From Dehalococcoidia bacterium (GTDB lineage Bacteria; Chloroflexota; Dehalococcoidia; DSTF01; RBG-16-68-14), in contig JBBEBM010000017.1 in assembly GCA_040882355.1 (NCBI GenBank), positions 62,001 through 126,000 of the forward strand: a stretch of DNA of 64,000 nucleotides. Direction: 5' to 3'. Made by a program: the position numbers and the translations under genes. How positions within the stretch are numbered: the stretch's first letter is position 1; every line of letters starts with the position of its first letter. Below the pieces are notes generated by a model. The model ran no database searches and was not told the origin of the DNA. It saw only the letters and a program-made list of their open reading frames with translations. Positions 43,419-52,800 of the stretch are shown in pieces.

Positions 43419-43624
43419 CTGACTACCTCCAACACGCCGTCCTGCGCCGGCGCCCTCTTCCGAGGCATCCCGCGCGTCGGCTCGCACCCGCTCCCAGATG
43501 TGGTCGTCGGTGCGCTCCATCTCCTGCTGGTCCCGGTCGACATGGTCGCCAGCAAATCGAGAGAGGTCGCTGTCGTCCTCACCGAGTAGCTCGTGCCCAC
43601 GCGGCAGTCGATGATTCGTGCCAT
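43412..43624 (-). pseudogene. Small DUF1059-like Cys/His protein with indels
   Basis: MARIIDC- then, after a shift near 43600, GHELLGEDDSDL...DHVDRDQQEMERTDDHIWERVRADARDA. Confidence 0.55.
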
Positions 43625-43663
43625 GCTTTCGCTCCTTCCTCTACTGTTCGCTTGATAAGGGGA

Positions 43664-43738
43664 ATTATGCCCTTTAGCACGTCTGATGTCAAGTCTTCAA
43701 TTGAATAGCTTGCAAAGCGATCCTGACCGTAGTATGCT
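43664..43738. promoter_or_regulatory. Divergent sigma70 promoters with central palindrome (ArsR operator candidate)
   Basis: Minus strand TTGACA(43692-87)-N17-CATAAT. Plus strand TTGCAA(43710)-N17-TATGCT, 6 nt before GTG 43745. TTCAATTGAA at 43696-43705. Confidence 0.75.
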
Positions 43739-43744
43739 GGGCCG

Positions 43745-44416
43745 GTGAGCCATCGCACGTTCAAAGAGCGCCTCTACGGCGAGTTCGGCAGGATCGGGAG
43801 CGCCCTGGCGAGCGACAAGCGCCTTGAGCTCGTCGACCTGCTGGCCCAGGGACCCCGGCACGTCGAAGCGCTTGCTGCTGAGGCGGACATGACCGTCGCG
43901 AACGTCTCGCAGCACCTCCAAATACTCCGCCGGGCGCATCTCGTCGAAACGGACCGCGAAGGCACGCGAATCTTCTACCGCCTGGCCGATCAGAAGGTCG
44001 TCGATCTCTGGCTGTCGCTCCGCGCGGTTGCTGAAGCGCAGCTCGCTGAAGTGGGACAGCTCTCGCGCGAGTACGCATCGGATAGCGGCGACGGGGTCGA
44101 GGTGTCACGCGCCGATCTAGAGAAGAAGCTGGAGCGGGGTGAGGCCTACGTGATCGACGTGCGGCCGGAGTTGGAGTATGCGAGCGGGCACCTTCCCGGC
44201 GCCTTCTCCCTGCCGGTCGAAGATCTGCCGGAGCGGCTCCAGGAGCTGCCGCGCGACCGGCTGATCGTCGCGTACTGCCGCGGGCGGTACTGCTTGTTTG
44301 CCGACGAAGCCGTGGCCCTGCTGCGCAGTCACGGGTTCGATGCTCATCGAATGGAAGGCGGCTGGCCTGAGTGGTCGTCCGAGGGCCGGGCGAGGCAGCC
44401 GGTACAAACGCCGTAG
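43745..44416 (+). CDS. ArsR/SmtB HTH-rhodanese fusion regulator
   Basis: ANVSQHLQ.LR HTH; DVRP..EY..GHLPGA and YCRGRYC. Confidence 0.93.
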   Translation: MSHRTFKERLYGEFGRIGSALASDKRLELVDLLAQGPRHVEALAAEADMTVANVSQHLQILRRAHLVETDREGTRIFYRLADQKVVDLWLSLRAVAEAQLAEVGQLSREYASDSGDGVEVSRADLEKKLERGEAYVIDVRPELEYASGHLPGAFSLPVEDLPERLQELPRDRLIVAYCRGRYCLFADEAVALLRSHGFDAHRMEGGWPEWSSEGRARQPVQTP

Positions 44417-44434
44417 CCGAGCAAGGAGGACGCG

Positions 44435-44887
44435 ATGGTAACCACCGATACGCAGTTCGACAGCGATTTGGCCCGCCTCCGGGGCGATCTCGAACACGCG
44501 CGAGCAGACTTTCTCGCCGTGCTCGGTCGTTTCTCGGACGATCAGCTTCACCTGGCAAAGCGCGGCGGTTGGACGGTACGCCGGGTCCTGGAGCACGTCA
44601 TCTCCTCCGAGCAGGCCTACGCTCGAGTGATCGGTCACTTGCGGGGCCAGCCCATCGAAGGTGAGCTGCCACCGAGCTCTCCTGCTACGCTCGACGACGC
44701 CAGAGCGAAGCTCTCCGCGGCGCGGGAGGCCCTCCTTCGCGCGTTAGCCGGCGTTGACGAGGACGCGTTCTACGCCCTCCAGCAGATCGGGCGTGAGGAG
44801 TACAGCATTATCAGTGTGCTCGAAAATGCGCGCGGCCACGATCACGAGCATGCCGAGCAGCTAGCCGAGACCCTGCAACGTTCATAG
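44435..44887 (+). CDS. DinB family protein
   Basis: WT...VLEH and HDHEH metal motif; AGGAGG RBS. Confidence 0.85.
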   Translation: MVTTDTQFDSDLARLRGDLEHARADFLAVLGRFSDDQLHLAKRGGWTVRRVLEHVISSEQAYARVIGHLRGQPIEGELPPSSPATLDDARAKLSAAREALLRALAGVDEDAFYALQQIGREEYSIISVLENARGHDHEHAEQLAETLQRS

Positions 44888-44944
44888 GGCCCTGAGCGCC
44901 GGCCCTCTCCCGGTGGGCAACGGAAGCTATTGAGGACCGTTGGC

Positions 44945-44968
44945 GTCCAGGCTAAAGGCCTGGACTAC
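44945..44968 (-). repeat. GTAG-type REP-like hairpin
   Basis: Minus strand GTAGTCCAGGCCTTTAGCCTGGAC, between convergent genes. Confidence 0.65.
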
Positions 44969-45006
44969 GGGAACACAGAACGCTATCAGGCTCCCGGCCG
45001 CGGCAG

Positions 45007-45777
45007 CTAGACGTTGGGGAAGTCTTCGACCTTGCGTTCGCCGCTGCGCCAACCCTGAATGCCACCGATCGTTTCGCCGGAGCGGATGACGTCGAGGCCG
45101 CGCTCGGTCTCGTTGCGGAGGGCGGTGGTGAGATCGAGGTCCCACTGCTCGTACGCCGACCGGCGGTCGGAGCGAAGGCAGGTCTGCGGGAGGGCGGCGA
45201 GCGCCTGCGCCAGCGCGCGCGCGACGGCCAGGCTCTCGCCGGCCTCGCAGAGGCGGTTCACCAGGCCCATGCGCCACGCCTCTTCGCCGCCGACGCCGCG
45301 GCCGGTGAGGATCATGTCGAGCGCGTGGCTCTGGCCGATGAGGCGCGGCAAGCGGACCGTGCCGCCGTCGCACAGCGGCACGCCCCAGCGACGGCAGTAG
45401 ACGCCGAACGTTGAGTTGCGCGCGGCGACGCGCAGGTCGCACCAGAGGGCGAGCTCGAGACCGCCGGCGACGGCGTGGCCCTCGACAGCGGCGATCACGG
45501 GCTTCGAGAGCACCATGCGCGACGGCCCGAGCGGGCCATCGCCGTCGGGCGTGACGACGATGCCGCCGCCGTCGAGCATCGCTTTCAGGTCGCCGCCGGC
45601 GCAGAACTTGTCGCCGGCGCCGGTGAGGATGGCGACGGAGAGCGCCGGGTCGTTGTCGAACGTGTCGAACGCATCGACGAGCTGCTGGGCGGTATCGCGG
45701 TCGACGGCGTTCGCGACCTCGGGCCGGTCGATGGTGACGGTCGCGACCGCGCCGTCGGTTTCGTAGTGAACAGCCAT
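45007..45777 (-). CDS. Enoyl-CoA hydratase/crotonase family protein
   Basis: FCAGGDL, KPVIAAVEG.AVAGGLELAL.CD and DGGTVRLPR. Confidence 0.95.
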   Translation of the reverse strand: MAVHYETDGAVATVTIDRPEVANAVDRDTAQQLVDAFDTFDNDPALSVAILTGAGDKFCAGGDLKAMLDGGGIVVTPDGDGPLGPSRMVLSKPVIAAVEGHAVAGGLELALWCDLRVAARNSTFGVYCRRWGVPLCDGGTVRLPRLIGQSHALDMILTGRGVGGEEAWRMGLVNRLCEAGESLAVARALAQALAALPQTCLRSDRRSAYEQWDLDLTTALRNETERGLDVIRSGETIGGIQGWRSGERKVEDFPNV

Positions 45778-45791
45778 GGCTTGCTCCTCCT

Positions 45792-46952
45792 TCAGAACGT
45801 GACAGGCAACGCGACGAGGCCGCGCAGCACGGCGGCCGGACGCCAGCGCAGGTCGTCGCCGGCGAGTCGCAGGTCGGGAAAGCGTCGCACGATGGCCGCG
45901 AGCGCGATCGCGCCCTCTAGCCGGGCGAGCGGGGCGCCCAGACAGAAGTGGATGCCGGAGCCGAACGCCACCTGCGGATTCGGATCGCGCGTGAGGTCGA
46001 GGCCTTCGGGATCGGCGAACACGGCCGGGTCGTGGTTCGCCGCCGCGACGATGGCCCGCACGCTCTGGCCCGCCTCGATGCGCCGCCCGCCGACCTCGAG
46101 GTCTTCCTTCGCGAGGCGGCCACTGTACTGCACCGGCGAGTCGTAGCGGAGCAGCTCCTCGACCGCGCGGCTCTCACCGCCTTCGTCGCGGCGGAGCAGC
46201 GCCAACTGATCGGGGTGGCGGAGCAGCGCGAGCAGGCCGTTGCCGATGAGGTTGACGGTCGTTTCGTGACCGCCGACGAGCAGGAGCAACAGCATCGCGA
46301 GCAGCTCCCCGCGGTTGAGCATGTCGCCGGCGTCTTCGGCCCTGACGAGCGCGCTCAGCAGATCGTCGCGCGGGTCAGCGGTGCGCTGCGGGATGAGCTC
46401 GTTGAAGTAGCCGATGAGGTCGTCGCGGCCCTCGGCCGCGCGGCGGGCGACGTCGGGGTCGGTGATCGGGCCGAGCGCGACCGCGATCTTCTCCGACGCT
46501 TCGCGGAAGAATGCGCGCCGGTCCGGTTCGACGCCGAGCAGCTCCGCGATCACCGTGATCGGCAATGGGTAGGCGAACTGGGCGATCACCTCCATGCCAC
46601 CGTCGTTCGCCACCGCGTCGAGGAGGCCGTCGACGAGCTCCTCGACCCGAGCGGTGAGCCGGCTCACGGTTCGTGGCGTAAACGCCTTGCTGACCAGGGT
46701 GCGGAGGCGGGTGTGATCGGGCGGGTTGGAGACGAGCATCGAGCCGGTGAGGCCGTGCTCGGCGGAGAAGAGCGTGTCATCGCGGAGGACTCGCACGACG
46801 TCGTCGTAGCGGGTGAGGATCCAGACGCTGCGAGTCTCGTCGAAGTGGACCGGGTCGGACTCGCGCAGCTCGCGGTAGTAGGGGTACGGGTCGGCCAGGA
46901 AGGCATCTGAGAGCCAGTCCACGGACTTGCCTGGCCGCTGTTGCGTGGTCAT
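45792..46952 (-). CDS. Cytochrome P450
   Basis: NPPDHTRLR, GGHETT, EELLR and FGSGIHFCLG. Confidence 0.96.
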   Translation of the reverse strand: MTTQQRPGKSVDWLSDAFLADPYPYYRELRESDPVHFDETRSVWILTRYDDVVRVLRDDTLFSAEHGLTGSMLVSNPPDHTRLRTLVSKAFTPRTVSRLTARVEELVDGLLDAVANDGGMEVIAQFAYPLPITVIAELLGVEPDRRAFFREASEKIAVALGPITDPDVARRAAEGRDDLIGYFNELIPQRTADPRDDLLSALVRAEDAGDMLNRGELLAMLLLLLVGGHETTVNLIGNGLLALLRHPDQLALLRRDEGGESRAVEELLRYDSPVQYSGRLAKEDLEVGGRRIEAGQSVRAIVAAANHDPAVFADPEGLDLTRDPNPQVAFGSGIHFCLGAPLARLEGAIALAAIVRRFPDLRLAGDDLRWRPAAVLRGLVALPVTF

Positions 46953-47113
46953 CGCAAGGCGCATTGTAGCATCGGCCGATTAGCGGAGGCGGGCGCCAGC
47001 GGGAAGCGCGGTAGGCTCGCTTGACAGCTCTGCTACAATGGCGGTGCTCCGGATGGGCGAGTCTGCCGATACTACTGTAGACTCGCCAGGCGTGGCTTGA
47101 CGGAGGTGACATC

Positions 47114-49087
47114 GTGCGCCGGCTTCCCCTTCTTGTGTTCGGGACTATTTCAATCGTCGTCATTGCGGCGGTGGTGACGTTCCTCTGGTCGCTCGGCTCG
47201 GGCGCGGCGGAGCGCACCCCCTTCTCGACCGCCGACATGGTGCCGCGAGACGTCGAGCTGTACGTCGCCGTCAACACGGAGCCGTCGTCGCCGCAGTGGA
47301 TGGCGTTTGCGGATGTGCTCTCGCAGCTCAACGTGGAAGACTCCGCGCGCGACGCGTGGAACGAGCTGCTCGAAGAGGAAGACCTGCGCTGGGACGAAGA
47401 CATCGTCGCGCTGCTCGGCGACGAAGGTTACTTCGCGATCACCGACTTCAGCGCGCTGGACGACGGCGAGGGCGCCGTCGGCGCGTTCAAGCTGCGCGAC
47501 GCGGGCAAGGCGGAGGAGACGGTGCTGCGGCTGGTGCGCGAGGCGCTCGAGGACGACGGTTCGGAGCTGCTGGAGCAGGACTACGAAGGCGAGACGATCT
47601 ACTACGTCGAGGAGGACGACGGCCTCTCGGGCTCGGAGGGCGATGAGGTCTTCTTCGATGAGGACACGTCGTTCGAGGGCAGCTCGACATCGTTCAACGG
47701 CGGCGCGATCGCGTTCCTCGATGGCGTCGCTGTCGCCGGACTGGCGCCGGAGGACGTGGAGGGCGTGATCGACGTGATCCAGGGGCGCGCGCCGAACGTG
47801 CTCGCGAACCCGCGCGTGGAGGAGCTGCGCGCCCAGCAGTTGGAGGACTTTCTCATCTGGGGCTACGCCGACCTCGCGGCCGCCTGGGACGCCATCGACG
47901 AGGCTGTCGAGGAGAACAGCGAGGAGGGCGAAGACCCGTTCGAGGCGGACGACCTGGAAGAGCTGCGCGCAAACGCGGACCGCGCGACGTTCGTCGTCTC
48001 CATGCGGAACGATGGCTTCGTCGTCGACGCGGCGGTGCTGCGCGCTCCCGTCGCTCCCGTCGAGGACGGCTACGGGTTCGACGAGGTGTTCAACAGCCAC
48101 TACGCGCAGCAGGTGCCGGAAGACACGCTGGCCTTCGTCGCCGGGCGCGACCTCTACAACGAGGTCTACGTACCGATCAGCGACAGCCTGTCGGGGGTCG
48201 ACCTGAACCTGGCCGACCCATACTGCGGCGGCTTCGGTTCCTATTTCCCGACGGGCGAGTACAGCGAAAAGGACGACCCGGTCTACCGACAGTTCTACGA
48301 TGAGACGGGCGAGTTCGACTACGAGGCCTACGAGGAGTGGGACGGCAACCTGCAGCGCTTCTTCACCGATGCCGAAGGCAACATGGACTACGATGCCTAT
48401 TCCGAGTACATGAACGGTCTGTACGAGGGGTACTGCGAGGAGGAGTCGCAGACCATCGAGGAGGCGATCGCGGAGTTCGAGCAGGACGTAGGGTTCGACC
48501 TCGAGGACGACCTGCTTGGCCTGCTCACCGGCGAGTTCGCGGTCGCGGTCAACGCCGGCAACTTCGACGCCGACAAACCGGACTTCGACGTGCTAGGGCT
48601 GCTCGACGTGACGAACGCGGCGCGCGTCGAGGAGAGCATGACGTTGCTCGGCCAATACCTGGAGCGCGAGGAAGGCTGGCAGATCGACGGCCCGGACGGC
48701 TCCGGTGTGCGCCTGGTCCGCGAGGGGGCTGGTTCGGACGACGTCGGCGCTTGGGCGGTGACGGACGACAGCCTGGCGCTCAGCTACCCCGATACGCCCG
48801 CCTCGGCGTTCGTGAGCGGGTTCGAAGGCGACTCGCTGGCGCAGAACGAAGACTGGCAGGACATGATGGAGCTGCTGCCCGAGGAGAAGACGTTCGTCGC
48901 CTACGTCAGCCTGGCGCGGCTGATCGAGGAGCTGCGCAAGGTCGAAGACGCCGAAGCGGAGTTCGCGGACGCCACCGACGGCGAAGTGACCTTCGACGAC
49001 CTCGAGCCGATCCGTTCGCTCGGCATCGCCACGACCAACGTCGAGGGCGGCTGGGGGATGCGCATCGCGGTGCTGATCAACGACTGA
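47114..49087 (+). CDS. DUF3352-like membrane-anchored, very acidic extracellular protein
   Basis: N-terminal TM helix, VP.D..LY, L.W..DI...LG.E and D.E.DLL..L.GEFA repeated architecture. Confidence 0.7.
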   Translation: MRRLPLLVFGTISIVVIAAVVTFLWSLGSGAAERTPFSTADMVPRDVELYVAVNTEPSSPQWMAFADVLSQLNVEDSARDAWNELLEEEDLRWDEDIVALLGDEGYFAITDFSALDDGEGAVGAFKLRDAGKAEETVLRLVREALEDDGSELLEQDYEGETIYYVEEDDGLSGSEGDEVFFDEDTSFEGSSTSFNGGAIAFLDGVAVAGLAPEDVEGVIDVIQGRAPNVLANPRVEELRAQQLEDFLIWGYADLAAAWDAIDEAVEENSEEGEDPFEADDLEELRANADRATFVVSMRNDGFVVDAAVLRAPVAPVEDGYGFDEVFNSHYAQQVPEDTLAFVAGRDLYNEVYVPISDSLSGVDLNLADPYCGGFGSYFPTGEYSEKDDPVYRQFYDETGEFDYEAYEEWDGNLQRFFTDAEGNMDYDAYSEYMNGLYEGYCEEESQTIEEAIAEFEQDVGFDLEDDLLGLLTGEFAVAVNAGNFDADKPDFDVLGLLDVTNAARVEESMTLLGQYLEREEGWQIDGPDGSGVRLVREGAGSDDVGAWAVTDDSLALSYPDTPASAFVSGFEGDSLAQNEDWQDMMELLPEEKTFVAYVSLARLIEELRKVEDAEAEFADATDGEVTFDDLEPIRSLGIATTNVEGGWGMRIAVLIND

Positions 49088-49632
49088 TGCTGGCAGACGA
49101 GCGCTTGCCGGCGAAGGAGCGCCCGCAGGTGGGTCTCGCGCTGAGTCCTCGCATCGCACCACTCCTCACCATCGTCGCCGCCGCGCTGGCGGTCGCGGGC
49201 TTCTTCCTCCCCTGGATGAACGGCGCAGGGCCGTTCGACCTGCGCAGCTTCTCGGGCTTCGACTTCGCGCGGCTGGTGCGCAACTTCGAGATCACGGCCG
49301 ACTCGGCGTCGTCGAGCGCGCAGGTGCGCGGGACGGCGGTGGCGCTCTACCTGGTGCCGGCGCTGGCGCTGAACGCGGCGGTGCTGCACGCGGCCGCGCC
49401 GCTTCTCGGCCTGCAGCGACGCCTCGTCGGCTGGGCGCTGCTGGTGAGCGGGGCATACGCGCTCGCGATCCTCGGACTGCTGCTCCTCCTGAGCCTCGCG
49501 CCGCTGAACGACTTCCAATCGAGTGTTGGGCTACCGTCGTGGGGCTTCGCGCTGAGCGCGGCGAGCGGGGCGCTGCTGGTGTGGCTCGGACGGCGGGAGC
49601 TGAGCCAACAGAAGGAGCTTGACAGGGCGTAG
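49087..49632 (+). CDS. Hypothetical 4-TM membrane protein
   Basis: ATG overlaps the upstream TGA; FFLPW...SG motif and hydrophobic helices. Confidence 0.75.
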   Translation: MLADERLPAKERPQVGLALSPRIAPLLTIVAAALAVAGFFLPWMNGAGPFDLRSFSGFDFARLVRNFEITADSASSSAQVRGTAVALYLVPALALNAAVLHAAAPLLGLQRRLVGWALLVSGAYALAILGLLLLLSLAPLNDFQSSVGLPSWGFALSAASGALLVWLGRRELSQQKELDRA

Positions 49633-50141
49633 TCATCTCCGTCAGAAACCGGACGCGGTCGTGGCGCAATTCGGGCACACCTGCGCCTGACGGCTCGGGT
49701 CGCGAGGTCGAGCCACACCCCACCGGTCGCGGCTCCGCAGCGCGCAACAACGCCTGCATCGCCGGCCGGCGGCCTTCCCGACGGCTCGCGAAGCTGAGGA
49801 TATGCGGCTGAGTGGGGCGGCTAAGTGCGGCACGATATTGCCTCCTGAAGTCGGGAGGGCGAGTCGGCCATAGTTGGGTCTGGGTATCCGCGAAGCTACA
49901 GGTGGGCGAAGAAGTCGGTGTTCTCCTCATATTAGCTCTTGACAAGTCGATCTAGAGTGATAGCATAGTCTTGAGTACGATCTGCATCCCGAGTGGGAGG
50001 GACGAGGATGTGGTTCTCTCGTATGCGCAGCGAACGATCGGCGGCCGTCGGACCTGCCGCCACTGTTCCACCGTGTTCCCATCACACCGCCTGCAGGCGA
50101 CAATACTAAACCCTGGCGCAGGAGCAGGAAGGGGGAGTCAC

Positions 50142-50675
50142 ATGAAACACGCTGTAGCCTGGATGCTCGTCGTTGCGCTGCTCGCAGGCATGAGCGTCGC
50201 CTGCAATGAGGGTGGCGGCGACGCAGACACGACGGCTACGGCACCATCCACACCAAACGTGGACATACCGGAACCAACGCCAAGCGAAGCAGTAATGCAG
50301 TCGTTGGCTAATCAGATCGGCACGGGCGACCGATTGGAGTCCCAGTGGGCGTTGGTACTGTGGGAGCTAAACGAGAGCCATCCAACATGGCTCTGCGTCA
50401 CGCCGACAGATCTGAGAGGCCGTATCTACACGTCCTTCGCTGATGGGTACGATCTTGACGTGCCAACCGCCCCGCTCACGGACGAGTTTCAGAACGCGCT
50501 CGACCTTGACGACGATGACAACTGGGTCTACGCTCCTGGTCTCGTCGGCGGGGCAGGCTTCATGCTCATTGCCGTCAACGCGAAGCCCCTGTTCGCCACC
50601 GACCGCGAGTTTATCGAACGCACCCACGCCTTTGACGGCCACGACTACCGCTGCGTCGCACCAACCACCACCTAA
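50142..50675 (+). CDS. Hypothetical lipoprotein
   Basis: GGGGGAG RBS; MKHAVAWMLVVALLAGMSVAC lipobox. TTGACA and TAGCAT boxes near 49939-49966. Confidence 0.75.
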   Translation: MKHAVAWMLVVALLAGMSVACNEGGGDADTTATAPSTPNVDIPEPTPSEAVMQSLANQIGTGDRLESQWALVLWELNESHPTWLCVTPTDLRGRIYTSFADGYDLDVPTAPLTDEFQNALDLDDDDNWVYAPGLVGGAGFMLIAVNAKPLFATDREFIERTHAFDGHDYRCVAPTTT

Positions 50676-50698
50676 GAGAAACGGAGGCAATCCTCGTC

Positions 50699-51157
50699 AT
50701 GAAACCACGCATCGTACCGCTCGCCGTGATCGTCACCGCAGCCCTTACGCTGGCGTTCATGGCCTGCGACCTTCCCCCCATGCCGCCCGGTTGGCAGATG
50801 CCAAGCGCGGATCAGGCACCGGCACCCGATCCGCCTGCGGTTGACTGCTCAGACCAGCAGGGCGGCCCAAGTCCCGACAAGACATGGGAACAGGTTTGCG
50901 ACGAGTTCATGGGCACGGCGCAACTCGGCCTGCAAGCCATCAACGAATACTACTGTTCGCCGATTCCTGGCGCACAGGGTGGCTGCGGAGGCGGCGGGCA
51001 AGCCGAAGTGCCCGTCTGCATCCATCAAGGCGGGTACTTCGAGCCGCCCAACATGCTCCTCGATGAGACCGCATTGGACGACGGGATCGTGATCCTGACC
51101 GATCTGAATGGCGAGAATCCTGTCGAGGTGGCGTGCCCTCCGGAGATGGGCCAATGA
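50699..51157 (+). CDS. Hypothetical Cys-rich lipoprotein
   Basis: GGAGG RBS; MKPRIVPLAVIVTAALTLAFMAC lipobox; six further Cys. Confidence 0.75.
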   Translation: MKPRIVPLAVIVTAALTLAFMACDLPPMPPGWQMPSADQAPAPDPPAVDCSDQQGGPSPDKTWEQVCDEFMGTAQLGLQAINEYYCSPIPGAQGGCGGGGQAEVPVCIHQGGYFEPPNMLLDETALDDGIVILTDLNGENPVEVACPPEMGQ

Positions 51158-51624
51158 CCGTCCTGATTCGGAACCTCGCGGCAATGGTAAGTATTGCCAT
51201 CGTTGCGCCTTGCCGTCGGCTTGGGCACTGCGGACGCCTCGCATCTCGCCAGCACCACGTCAAGCGCAGTCCTCGTGCGGGACATGACCCCTGCCCCGAA
51301 CATCGACCTGTTGCTCACGAATGAGGCCCACCTGAGCGGCAGCCAGCAGACAGTCGATCAGTTGTGGAACTTCGGCATCATCTCTATCGCTTCGCTTGGA
51401 GCCCGGGCATGACCGGCACATGGGTAACGGAGGACTTGTACGATTGGCCGGGCGGCTACTGCGAGAGTTGCCGGTTCCTGATCGGTCCAACCAACGACGA
51501 CTGGGCTTGGCCGTCCTACTTCGGTTTCGTTTGCTTCACGGCATGGACGGTTCACGCCTACCGTGGGCACCCCGCAGATCAACCCATTCACTTCTACAAG
51601 CTAGCCCCGCCTAAGTGCGCCTGA
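51154..51624 (+). pseudogene. Frameshifted secreted hypothetical protein
   Basis: ATGA-coupled start and signal peptide. Protein-like text spans three frames (shifts near 51205 and 51390) and ends ...FYKLAPPKCA*. Confidence 0.55.
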
Positions 51625-51719
51625 TCCCCGCGCAAACTGTCAGGCCAATAAACAAGGCCCGCGAGCATGCTCCCCCGCTCGCGGGCCTTGGCCCTATCCG
51701 GCGGTGCCGGTCTACACTC

Positions 51720-51896
51720 CAGGCGTGGCGTTCCGTAAGAAACCTCATGCGGCAGGTATCTGTGAGCCGGAGCGCCCATGAACTGAAACGGGAGGCCGAC
51801 CCTTCGTGGAAAAGATGGGGTCGGCGTCTCCCGTGCTGTCCCGATCCGGGACAGTTAGGCGATCCTGGGAACGTTCGGCGGGTCGCGCCACGCCTG
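51720..51896 (+). ncRNA. Putative structured non-coding RNA (unknown family)
   Basis: An 11-bp perfect closing stem encloses four internal hairpins. Wobble pairs are G-U on the + strand. Confidence 0.5.
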
Positions 51897-52248
51897 CACC
51901 CGGTCGGCCATCAGCCCGACCGCCGAGTGCCAGCCGGTCGCCTTGCCTTCGGCGCGGGCCAGCAGGTCGGCGCGTAGGTGGCCGTAGCGTTCATCGTCCG
52001 GCAGGCGGCGGGCCGCAGGCGCAGGCCGAGCCGCCGCCGAAGATCGAGTGGAAGGTGGTTGGTACGACGACCGCACCCCATCTCGAAAACGAGGAACAAA
52101 TCTACATGAACGATCTCACCGGAGCCTATCAGGTCGTGCCTTCGCTGGCCTGCCTGAGCGAGCCGGCGGACAAGATCGGCACGGGCGCGTGTCCGATCAT
52201 TGCTGAGGTCACGTACGCGGACGTGGCGGCGGCGGCTGGGGGTGGACA

Positions 52249-52800
52249 GTGAAGAAGCTAGCCGTCATCCTGCCCGCCATTCTGCTTGCCGCGGTCGTCC
52301 TCGCGATCACGTCATCATCGCCGGAACCCGCGTCGGCGCCGCACCTCAACGCTTGCCCCGTCACGCCAAACCATCGCGCCTGAACGACGGACAACATGGA
52401 TGGGAGTACCGCTACTGGTGGCACGTCTACTGCACTTACGATGCGGGCACTCCGCCGTCCCAGGAGAATGTCATCCTGCTCACCGGCTCGGTGTTCATTG
52501 CGCCCATCGACTGGACACCGTACCTCCAGAGCGGAGGCCAGAACCCGCCCGTCTGGGGGCCGGACAAACGGTATGACCTGGCCGGTTGTCCGTACCCGCC
52601 GCCGCCATGTCAGAAGCTCGGATCGCAAGCGCCTGGAACGATGGACGGCGATGTCATTCCGCTATCCCCACCCATCGTACGCAGGCATCATCTGCCGCAA
52701 GGGGCACGGTGGCGGCGGCATCATTCACCACCCGAACCAGACATTCTGTTCGACAGCCCCGCCAGGTGGAAATGCGGTTGACGCGACACCGGAGGCCAAG
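52249..52800 (+). pseudogene. Frameshifted secreted Cys/Pro-rich hypothetical protein
   Basis: MKKLAVILPAILLAAVVLAIT signal peptide; continues in other frames (HGWEYRYWWHVYC...; YAGIICRKG...). End approximate. Confidence 0.5.

Noticed and set aside
39299..44891. TAGGGCC at both ends of the sulfur island as a target duplication
   Set aside because: Only 7 bp in GC-rich DNA and the boundaries are not independently defined, so chance is likely.
49640..49930. Possible ncRNA or ORF at the island's left end
   Set aside because: Only short GC-rich stems and no coherent ORF; insufficient support.
51853..51860. GTTAGGC as an integron attC core
   Set aside because: No matching upstream RYYYAAC at a suitable distance, no repeated attC sites between the ORFans, and no integrase.
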